A stretch of 64,000 nucleotides of DNA from Octopus sinensis (lineage: Eukaryota), in the NCBI RefSeq assembly GCF_006345805.1, contig NC_042998.1, positions 121,520,001 through 121,584,000 of the forward strand, in the 5' to 3' direction. A program made the position numbers and the translations under genes. The first letter of the stretch is position 1. Every line of letters starts with the position of its first letter. The notes below the pieces were generated by a model that did not search any database, was not told where the DNA came from, and worked only from the letters and a program-made list of their open reading frames with translations. This document shows positions 27,424 to 38,378 of the stretch, piece by piece.

Positions 27424-27639
27424 TTAATTGATTTAAATGTTGTAGCTGTTTCCCATGTCTTTCATTATCACTAATTAATCTTTAAGCTGATTCCAATTCA
27501 AGTTGATAGTTTCCCTCTCTCCTAACTATGGCTGTAATTTTAATTAAAAGTTCTTGTCTCACTACAATAAGCATGTTAGCACTGAGTTAACTGTTGGTTT
27601 CAGAGACTGTTTTATTTACAGTGAAAGGAATTTGTTTTT

Positions 27640-28515
27640 ATGCTACAGGCAGTGAAACATGGCCTATGACTACAGAAGACATGCGAAGGCTTGAAAGAAA
27701 TGAAACTAGTTTGCTCTGCTGGACGAGTAATGTTAGTGTGCTGGTACAACAGAATGGTGAATGATTTAAGAAAAAAACTGGATATAGAGATATCAGATGT
27801 TGTGGGCAAAAGAGAAGACTGCAGTGGTATGGTCATGTGATGTGTATGGATGAGGACTGCTGCATAAAGAAGTGCCAATTCCTTATTGCAGAGGGAACTT
27901 GTGGAAGGGGTAGATACAGGAAGATGTGAAATGAAGTTTGAGAAATGAATTTCAGACGTTGGGTCTCACACAAGAGATGACCAGTGGCCAAGGCTTCTGA
28001 TGATTTGCTGTGCTTAAGAAGACTCATCAAACTTAGTAAAGTTGTGGCCATCCATACATACAGGCATCTCTTTCACAGTTATACCCACTACTCTTTCTCA
28101 GTTAAGAGTTTCTTGTCTTGCAGGCTTATGGGTACTGGTGCCAGCTCATGAATGCTAGTGCCACATAAAAAAGTACCTGTTTTGATATGTAAAAAGCACC
28201 CGTGCCAGTGCCTGGTACAAAACACCAGTGCCGGTGCCACATAGAAAAGCACCTGTGGTGATGCAAAGTAAAAGCACCCATGTCGGTGCCACATAACAAG
28301 CTCCTCTGTCAGTGTCGCATAAAGCACCTGTCCTGGTGCTACATAAAAAAGCATCCAGTACACTCTGTAAAGTAGTTGGCATTAGGAAGTGCATCCAGCT
28401 GTAGAAACCATGCTAAAACAGACAGTTGGAGCCTGGGCAACTCTCCAGCTTGCCAGCTCCACTCAAACCATCAAACCCATGCCAGCATGGCAAACACATG
28501 TTAAATGATGATGAG
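27640..28515 (+). mobile_element. Older RTE LINE 3' fragment
   Basis: Degenerate GSETW / WYGHV / GRGR motifs and the 3' UTR. Confidence 0.8.
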
Positions 28516-30455
28516 TGACTAACTTGTAACATGCAGTGTCTGTGTGTGCATGTGTAGGGCAATCATTAGCATTTTAGTATTTATTTCTCCAGTTTAAGAG
28601 TGGACAGGTCTGTTGTGCAATATGTTGTCATTTATCATGATCTTAGGCACAGTGATGGTAAGTGGGTGACTGGTATGGGACCAGCTGTCTGGCAGTGGTG
28701 ACTTGATCAGGTGGTGGGGTATGAAGTAGTGGGTGGCTTGATGTGGAAGTGGTATATGACTGGCTGACTTTATGTGAGAATGTTGTAGGAGTACATGGCA
28801 GAACAGTAGGTGATTTGATATAGAGAGTATAATTATTTCAAAGTGTATCAAGTGAAACCTGAGGAAACTAGGAATAGCTGACATCAGCAATAACCAGAAG
28901 ATAAAACTAGTTAAGTAAGCTGTATGTTGTAAAGAGAGGTCAGTCCTAATGCATTATGAAGAGTCCTTCCTTGAATAAAGGTCTTGTGTGACTTGTTAAA
29001 TGTTACCTCTCTTTGCAACCTCAAATATTTTATGTCTCAAGTAAGACTGGAAGTTTAAATTTAAAAGAAGAAAATTGACAAAAAATGAAAATATTCTTTG
29101 GATTCTTTATTTTATTCTTGGAATTGATTCAACAAATATTATACTTGACATTAATATTGTTCATAAAAACACATTAAATTATAATAATTAAAAATTGAAC
29201 TTAACAAAATTTTAACTGAATCAAGAATCTTTTTTTTTTTTATACAACTGATTAAGTACAAATAATTCAATTTTTGTAATGAGCAAAAACATGTGACAAT
29301 GAACCTAATTCATTGTCTCATGTTGGCGAGATTGAGAATTGCATAAAGTTCTGAGTCTTGTAGTTTGAATAAACTCTAAATAAAATTGGCATAAGCATCC
29401 ACTGTTTTGACTTAAAAATCAGCTCCAATACATCAGAAACTGTTTTTACAAAATCTTTAACCTGTTCAAAATGTAATATTGCCTTATTTAAACATATTGA
29501 ATTAATATTTTGAATAATTAGTACATATAATTTCTTAAAGAATTTTCTTATTTCATATTTTTTAAAGAAATTTCTCTCCAAATTAAGTGCAATTTTTTAA
29601 ATACTGATTATTATATTAAACGACCTAATTATTATTTTTTTTTTACTCAAAAAGAAAAGAATAGTATCTATGTGAGAGTGATGTCATCGGAGGTAATGAC
29701 ATTGATATATTGGTAGAAGGCTCTTTGTAAGAAAGGTTAGATCTGTACAAGCGTTTGTTTCAAAAAAGGATGTGAGGTTGGAGACTGAGAATTTACTCCC
29801 CTCGTTGAAAATTACCTCCCTTCATGAATATTCTTTTCTACTCTAGGCACAAGACCTGAAATTTTTGGGACCAGTCGATTAGAGCGACTCCAGTGCGCAA
29901 CTGGTACTTTATTTATTGACGCCGCAAGGACGAAAGCAAAGCTGACCTCGGCAGAATTTGAATATTGCCTCCTATCAATGTGGGGTTGTCTATGAGATAT
30001 TTGTGACGTCCAATTAAAAAAAAACCCTCTATTTCTACCTTTAGTCAAAATTTTATTGGCTAAATGATCACAACATAATTATCTATATCAGTGTTAAACC
30101 TTAGATACCAATATGAATCTTGGTTGGCCATAAATGACCATATTTTACACAGTATTTTGCTTACATTCATGATAACTATAACATACACACATTTAGGCTT
30201 TATAGATTTAGACATGTAAACAGCCAAGAAAAATTACTGTTAGATATTATAAACTAGCGTTTGTTCTTTGTATAAACTTTATCTGAAAATTCAAGTTGTT
30301 TTTCTTTAAATAAAGTTTTTAAATTTATGCATACCTTTTCTAGTCTTTTTGAATCATTTTTCAAGAGTCAAAGTGTAACATACAAATTTAACATGCTACT
30401 CACTGGTTGATGATGAACAAAACAGCTAACATGATGTTATACTTGTAATATTTAT

Positions 30456-30623
30456 TTAATTGCTGAGGTTGGTTAACAGAAACTTCCATTTCTCAAGTTT
30501 TTCACTGTTGATATTAATTTCAGCTTCATCATCATCACTGCTTTCATCTCTTAAATCCAAATCTAAATGTATGTTTTGATGAACCAACAACTTATAACCT
30601 GGCTTGGGTTGTTTTTGTAAAGT
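30456..30623 (-). CDS. Tandem-CNBD protein, terminal coding exon 9
   Basis: Acceptor ttaaatttacag, phase 0. TLQKQPKPGYKLLVHQNIHLDLDLRDESSDDDEAEIN...TNLSN*. Too short for the supplied ORF track. Total CDS 1779 nt = 592 aa. AATAAA on - right after the stop and near 30055. Confidence 0.78.
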   Translation of the reverse strand, partial: TLQKQPKPGYKLLVHQNIHLDLDLRDESSDDDEAEININSEKLEKWKFLLTNLSN

Positions 30624-31734
30624 CTGTAAATTTAAATAATTGAAATAAACATCAGCATTATTAAATGATTGATTCTTGTGTCAATTTTTATGAAGAATTT
30701 GAAACAAGAAGCTAGCTGAGATTCAAATTGTAGTTCTCAGATTTTCCCACTCTAGAATCACAACCTAAAATATTTCCATAAAAGGGATATTTGTGAATAT
30801 GGTTTGACCAACCAGCATGAGCTGACTTATTGACAGCTGAGGTGGCAACTTAATAAGAAATGTGCAAGTTTTCTCGGCAAATGAATTCTAGAGCCTTCTG
30901 GGCAATGATTCTCTAAAGGGGTGAAAATTCAACTTAGTGCAGAGCTATGCCAGTTTTATATGGTTGTGTTGCTTTTCCTTTGTATGACAATCTCTCTTCT
31001 CTCACTTATTCTGGCAACTTCAGGATTTGCACTAGTCAGTTGTTTTTCCCATCTATTAACTCACTTATCTTTCTCTTCAATTCACAGGCCTTAACTAGTA
31101 ATGTCAATCAACAAATATACAGCATTTGCAATAATTCATATGCTCTGTATCACTTACATAATATTAATTTATTGAATATGCATATTCAAATACAATGTGG
31201 TGATAAATAAGATATTTGGAAACTCTGTCAAATCTTAGTGTGGTTATTGTCAACATATATAACCTAATAGCCTAGCTGATGTGAGAACATTGAGAAAAGA
31301 AGCTACGACAAACAACTACATTAACGACTTCTCTTGAAGTGAGGGGAACATTTAAAATAAGATTTAGGAGCAAGAATACTAAACTACTGAAGTTCTCTAT
31401 TTAATTTTTATCAAATTTAACACTGGCCAAAGAATTGACAGTTAACATCCATCCTAATATCAACAATGTTTTATAGCCTTGACTAAGATGCATATCATTA
31501 GCACATTCTATGTAGCTATAAATAGGTATACTAGATGGATACAGCAAACCTCTATAAGCAGAAGGAGCATAGTTACATGATTTTATATTTCAGAAGTAAG
31601 TTAAACTCATATGGATGTGGAAAGGAAGCAGAAAGTCATTCCAATACTTGACCTCAGGCCAACTGTGACAAGGAACCTCTAAATGGTTACTTGACATGCT
31701 AAAGGTAGCGGGCAAATCTCCCTTATCACACTCT

Positions 31735-32122
31735 CTCTCTCTTACTCTTTTACTTGTTTCAGTCATTTGACTGCGGCCATGCTGGAGCACCGCCTTTAAT
31801 CGAGCAACTCGACCCTAGGACTTATTCTTTTGTAAGCCCAGTACTTATTCTATCAGTCTCTTTTGCCGAACCGCTAAGTAACGGGGACATAAACACACCA
31901 GCATAGGGGGACAAACACAGACACACAAACACACACACGCATACATATATATACATATATACGACAGGCTTCTTTCAGTTTCCGTCTACCAAATCCACTC
32001 ACAAGGCTTTGTTCGGCCCGGGGCTATAGCAGAAGACACTTGCCCAAGGTGCCACGCAGTGGGACTGAACCCGGAACCATGTGGTTGGTTAGCAAGCTAC
32101 TTACCACACAGCCACTCCTGTG
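31735..32122 (-). mobile_element. tRNA-derived CORE-type SINE (octopus OR-like), near full length
   Basis: A-box/B-box head and CORE-like gacacttgcccaaggtgccacgcagtgggactgaaccc; tail ...tgactgaaacaagtaaaaga. Confidence 0.88.
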
Positions 32123-33094
32123 CCTATATAGTTTTAAAAATAAGAACACATTGGGTTATATAGTTATAGGTGCACTGTTTCTGGACAAATAATGGAATGA
32201 TCAGAGCCTTCAATAATTGGTCAGAGTGAGACTGAAGCCAACAACCATAACTGGCTCTATTTTCAGCATATTATATCACCATATACTCATCACACAGACT
32301 TTTACTACCAAATGGATATCTTCCTTAACTAAGAGAAATGTAATGTATTCTGGTAATATAAAATTCATTGTATAATCCAGTATGTACAAAAATGAACATA
32401 ATCCTATCATTTATGGAATTCGTGGTACTTTAGTTGTGCATGTGTTTTGGTGTACTGTTCTATTTTAAGTAATATATTATCATTGTATAACTTATTTGTT
32501 AAAGGTTTAAGAAAGTATTGACACTGCTTAGTTACTGTTTTCACCAAATGAGGCTTGAAAAAAGGAAATATCAATGGAATGGGTAGTTGTTATACTGTTT
32601 AACTACAAGTCATCCCTGGTCAAGCAAACCTATAGTCAAAGGTATTCCAGCCATTATCTCTTGTCTTTTTCCTATATTTAGCATTGTATTCAATGTGTCC
32701 TTTTTACTCATGACAGTAGGGTGTTAATTGAGACACATTTGACTGCTATTGCCACTAACCACTTAGAGGCTCACTCAATGATTAATGATAGATGTTAGTA
32801 CTAGGGAATGAGACACATGTGAACTTAAAGATTTATTCTTTAGTGATGTGAGAAGCCTATTAATAAATAAGAGTTTTCAGATGGGTAAGTTGTCTGAAAC
32901 AGCTCAACAGTGGATTAAATATATTTCGGTGTTTAGTTTCATTCCTTTATCATCTGGATTTAAATCTTGTGAGGTGAAAGAACCTTCTGGAATACTATTC
33001 ACTCATCAATTCTTCAGCCCTACCATTTCCATTACTAATAGCATCTTCAGACATTCATCATACACATTGAATCAATAATTCTTAGGTTACTCAC

Positions 33095-33269
33095 CTCAAA
33101 AGAAATGCGATGAAGAGGAGGTAATGTACCTATTTTTTTGGAATTGGTTTTCTTCAACCAGTTTCTTATACATTGTTCTAAATCTTGTAAACTAGTAGAA
33201 ATGCTCGAATAAGAATCCTCTGTCGAATTGTTATTACTGTTTTGGAATGTAGAGAACATAATGTTAGAT
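33095..33269 (-). CDS. Tandem-CNBD protein, coding exon 8
   Basis: SNIMFSTFQ...LQDLEQCIRNWLKKTNSKKIGTLPPLHRISFE. Acceptor ttttataaag; donor GTGAGT; phases 2 and 0. Confidence 0.82.
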
Positions 33270-34048
33270 CTTTATAAAATGAATGGAAACTATTATTATA
33301 CTCATCAATGATCACTTTTAGTATGACAATAAAACAACAGAATATGCACTAAAAGATTACATCGTTCAGAGACAACTGAGTGCATCAATAAAGTATCTTG
33401 TGAATATATTAGATCTTAATCTAATGAAAAATATTTACTTAACTATGGCATGCTTTACTATATGATCTCAGTTTTGGTTTTTAATATATTGTTGTTGTTG
33501 TTGATGTTGTTTAGCCCCAGGTCAGCCCTGATTCTGGCAGGCATAAGATCAAATATATTGGCTTCTATTTCTTGCAGGTTGAGCAACTATATCAATGATT
33601 TCTTGTTAGCTGTAAAATCAGTACCTCTGTTTGGCTAGTGTGCTACAGTATTGCAAGTTAAACTCATATTTTGCAAACATCTATTTCTCAGGTGAATATC
33701 TTACACAACTAAAAAAGGATTATATCATGCATAAAGTTTATATGCACAACATCCTGTCGTCTTGCATTAGATGCAAAATTTTCCTTTATAAAAAAGTTAT
33801 TTTCATCATCAGTCTAGTTGCTTCTATTCATCTCACAGAAAATTCATTGCTATGTTAATGCTTTTTTTTTTACATTAATTTTTAAAAATTGTTATTGTAC
33901 CTATAGAGCCTAGGTTGAAAAGATTGAAAAGGGTTCAGCAAGAGGACTTTCTGTTATTCAAAGGGTAGGGAAAATAGAAAATGAAATAAATTTTGAAATA
34001 TTTTTCAATTAGAAATTTATTTCAACATATACATATGTTAAATCTTAC

Positions 34049-34556
34049 CTTGATTTCTTACCAAATATTAATGTATCACTAGAAGGTTTCTCAGAAACTT
34101 GATTATTGATAGGTATTTGTGGAAATAAGCATTTCTGAACTTTGGTCTTAATTTTCTTAGGAAACTTTTTTTGTTGTATAAGGAAGAAAATATTTGCTAA
34201 TGATTGTTTATGCAATAAATGTCTTGTTTGCAATTGTGAAATATCTAGTCTGAAATTAAATGTAGTATTTCTGAATTCCTGAAGATTACTGCACTTTCGA
34301 GGTTGCTCTAAATCCTGCTTTAATCTGTTATGTAGATATGCTAGTAAGGGTATTTTTTGTTGACAATCTGTCAATAGGGATAGTCTTGAACAAAGTTTTA
34401 CATCCAATTGTCTACGCATGCAATCTACTGTTTCAACATGATGACGTACAAATAAGCGTTCAAAATGTTTCATTTCCAGAACAATGAGTTCTGTCCTTTC
34501 AGCACTAATTACTGTATGTAGATTGGTGTCCAATTTCAGCAACACTTCTGTATCAC
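34049..34556 (-). CDS. Tandem-CNBD protein, coding exon 7
   Basis: GDTEVLLKLDTNLHTVISAERTELIVLEMKHFERLF... open for 508 nt. Acceptor gattgcag; donor GTAAGA; phases 1 and 2. Confidence 0.9.
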
Positions 34557-35822
34557 CTGCAATCATATAGAAACTATTCTGAAATTTGAATGTACATACC
34601 TGTGCATATATATAATTACAATCTCTCTCATGTTTACTTACACACAATTATCATTCAGTTTATTTAGTTAACAAAACTTTTAATTTGAACACACACATAC
34701 ACCACCACCAACACCATCACCATTGTTTTAACATCCACATTTCTCTGCTTGAATGGGTCAAGTGAAATTATCTATGGCTGGATGCTGTTTCTGTCACCAA
34801 CTCTCACCCATTTCCAAACATATTAATATTTTTCCTAGTCCTTCAGCATAAACGGTTGGATATGTTTTCATGGAAGATTGTAGATGAACAATACTGATTA
34901 TATGATGGTGACCTTGTTTATAATCAGTGATACACAAATTCTGACACACACATTCAATCACACATGTGCACACACAAATGTACATACATGTGCATACAAG
35001 CATGCAAGCATACGTGCACGTGTTGTACTTCTTTCAGTTTCCATTTACTAAATCAACTTAAAAGGTTTTGATCAGTACAGAGCTCTAGTAGAAGATATAT
35101 ACCCAAATTGCTATATTGTGGAACTGAACTAGAAACCATATGACTATGAGGCAAATTTCTTAACTATTTTGGCTATGGCAAATTTATTATTTTTCTATTA
35201 TGAAACACGAGCACAGGTAAGTTAATTATTCAACTTTTTATTTAGCTAGTTTCTGTTATCACAAGATACTTTTCATTAATACTTGTGCATACAATTTAAT
35301 ATAACTTGAAAAATTATTCTGCCAAAGTACAACATACAATAATTTAAATTGAAATTTGTTTTGTAAAAATATCCAAAGAATATCATGTAAAAAAAATAGA
35401 TGAAATGTGATGTAGTGTATATATATGTCATTTGTATGTGTGTCTATATCAAATATTTCCCTTATTTCCAAAGTCATCCAAACAAGGGGCTTGGGAATCT
35501 GTGATTGATGCTTGTGAGACTAGAAACAGTTTTGAAAATTTGAAAATAGTGTTTGCACAAAATTTCTAATAGTTGCCACAAGAATGTTTGTGCTATGACT
35601 TGCATTTTTGAAATTAATTAATCCTGTTAAAAAGTTATAAATATTTAACCTTATTAGAGAAAATAGTAGGTACTTGAGAATTATTTTTAAGTTACGTTCA
35701 AAAAAATTTTTTGTTTGAACTGATTGGTCTTAGAAAGTGATGCATTTCCTAAAACAATATATAACTATTTGCTTGTAGCCAATCCAGCTTATAAATAGAA
35801 TTTTAAAAAATTCATTATTTAC

Positions 35823-35929
35823 CAATTATTTCATTTATACCAAGATTACACAAATGAATGGTTTTGGAAGCTTGTCTTCGTGATTTCAATCTGGAAATAT
35901 TCTTAAAATTGTCTTTAGTTTCATGCTGA
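35823..35929 (-). CDS. Tandem-CNBD protein, coding exon 6
   Basis: Acceptor tttgtttgtttaacag. QHETKDNFKNISRLKSRRQASKTIHLCNLGINEIIG leads into the CNBD-B cassette. Donor GTAAAT; phases 2 and 1. Confidence 0.85.
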
Positions 35930-36107
35930 CTGTTAAACAAACAAAAACACACATATATAATTATATGATTTTGGTAATGAACTGCATTTAGTTATTAATT
36001 ATGAGTATAAATTTGGATACAAATTGAAGGTAAAGTATTTTGTGTTGGTTTATATCCATGTTTACATGTCTTGGTCTTGCTTTAGTCAATGTACTTGTCA
36101 GTATTAC

Positions 36108-36254
36108 CTGAGTACTGTATACAATAAGTTCATTATCATTATTGATTCAATTATATCAAAATTTATCAGAATTAATGTACTACAAAAACTTGTGCAACTG
36201 TGAAAACGATCTCTTATGGAAATATGCTTAGAAATAGTTTTAGCATTTAGTTTG
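36108..36254 (-). CDS. Tandem-CNBD protein, candidate coding exon 5
   Basis: Open 147-nt phase 2/2 segment between ctctatttcacttcag and GTAATA. Keeps the frame between exons 4 and 6, but the peptide (KLNAKTISKHISIRDRF...) has no recognisable motif. Confidence 0.5.
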
Positions 36255-37622
36255 CTGAAGTGAAATAGAGCAACAGGATTTAATAAGAGGGCTAAAAAAA
36301 CATCTGTTGGCATGCTTCACTGAGATTGCAAAGTAAATCTGAAGGATTGGTAAATTCAGAGAAGATGGGAATACAACTGATATTTTAAGACATAAGATGT
36401 CTTAAACTATTCTAGTCAGACATTTCAGTCACAAACATTTCTTGCCTTGATTTCAAACAATGTGTTTAGAATTATATTGTCCAATGTGTTCTTCAAGGTG
36501 GTTGAGTGTGATTTGAAGATGCCTTAGATGTTATTTTTCAATTGATTTAACAACTATGTTACAGGCCTCTGTCATTGGCTGTGGTTATTTTATGATTTAC
36601 TCCATGGGTGAGTGTTTTGTCCATGGCCTTTGTAGACCCTCAGAGTTTACTCAATTGCATACATTCAGACTAGATCCCTAGTACACTTCTTTTCTATTTC
36701 TCTATAAATTTTGATGTACAAATGTTGAGGTTAAGCATGAACCACCTAACTCACCTCTCCTACAAATATGTGGCCTTATACTAATGTAAGAAATGTATAT
36801 TACACATAATGTAAGAAATCAAAATGGCTGTGTGAATAGAATAAAATTTCCCTATAGCACTGTCCACAAGGCTTTTCTGAGAATCATCATCCTTTTATAT
36901 AAATTTTCCTATAATTGTATAAGTTGGAAATGTTTTCACCAGCACTGTATTTTGCCATTTGCTGTAGTTACTTGTCATCTCCATGTGTTCAGCATCCTAT
37001 AATCAGCCCTTGCCACATATCTGTGCCAGTGCAAGCTTCTCTCTTGCACACTGCAGTTGATACCTCTGATGCCCAACTTTTTATCTCTTCAGTTCATTTG
37101 TACTCTGTTGTTCATGTGTGCTAACATTACACATCCACTGCAGTATCTATCCATCCTGTGCACATCATTTGTATTTTATACCTATGTTTCACTTCTATGC
37201 AGTACTGCATTTCATATACAAGTATAATGCAATGTGCCCTTCACTCACAGAGAGAAACCCTTTGGTTCCTATAGCTCCCTGAACCTTTTCTATTTTGTGG
37301 TGTTGGTGAAAGAGTATGACGGATAGGGGAGAGCGGAAGTAGGGCTCGCAGGGCGGAAGCAGGGATTGCAGGGCGCATGCACGGCAGGAAGCGGAAGTGA
37401 CAGGCAGAATGCACGTGTGGCATCGACGAGTTGCGGCAGACATGACGAAGGCACCAGACGATCGAGTTGGCTAAGAGGTATCCGAATTCATCTCCGACGA
37501 GGTAAGACCCAATTACATTTCCATTCTCCCTTTTTCTATTGTACTCTTTTCATCGTTCACACTACAAGCTATTTCGGCAAATAAACACTCGGTTTTATAA
37601 AAAAAATAAAAAAATAAAAATT

Positions 37623-38378
37623 ATGCGGAGTGCTCTGGTTTCGCGCAAACCTATAACACCGTTTTGCGGCGACACTGATGTGGTCGCTTGGTTGAAGAGA
37701 GTTAAGTTGGTGGCGAAGCTCCATGGTATAGGTGACCTGGCGAGCTTCATGCCACTGTACTTGGATGGCCCGGCGTTGGCGTTATATTTAGAGATGGAGG
37801 AGACGGACCAACTTAGCGCAGATAAAGTAGAAATCCGGCTGATGGAGGCCTTTGCGGAAGGAATGTTCGAGGCATACGCTCGCCTGGGTAGAATGAGATG
37901 GACTGGGAAACTGGTGGATGTGTTTGCCAATGAGCTTAGAAGACTGGCTAAATTGGCGGGTTATGAGGGAGAGTCGCTAGAACGGACGGTTAGGTTGGCG
38001 TTCGTGACCGGCTTTCCCGACATCATGTCGGTCGAGCTACAGAAGCTCCCAAACGTGCATTCGATGCCGATGGCCGACATCATATCTCGGGCATGTGTAC
38101 TAGTTTTGTGCAGCAGGATGACGTCAGTAGCAGCGACTGCAACGTCGAAAAGTGGCCCAGCTAGGAGCAGCGGAGAGGGGCTGAGGAAAGAATGTGTGCG
38201 ACCGTTCAAAGGACAGTGTTTCCGGTGCCAAGGTCCACACATGGTGCGTGACTGCACGTCGCTCAAGCCTGAGGTGATTTGCTACCGGTGTTGAGAGCCG
38301 GGGCATGTAGCCAACAAGTGTCTGCGGGGAAACGGACCGCGGGAGACCACTGCGCCAGTAGTTGTCCCTTTGGATTAG
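37623..38378 (+). pseudogene. gag: gag of the LTR element, with two CCHC zinc knuckles
   Basis: DVVAWLKRVKLVAKL...DVFANELRRLA...CFRCQGPHMVRDC and CYRC*EPGHVANKC. In-frame TGA at 38292; natural stop TAG at 38376. Confidence 0.85.

Larger units (their letters stand above)
25268..27612. repeat. Long inverted repeat (25268-25803 / 27033-27612)
   Basis: Arms are reverse-complementary by eye over about 540 bp, with a few indels. Confidence 0.92.
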
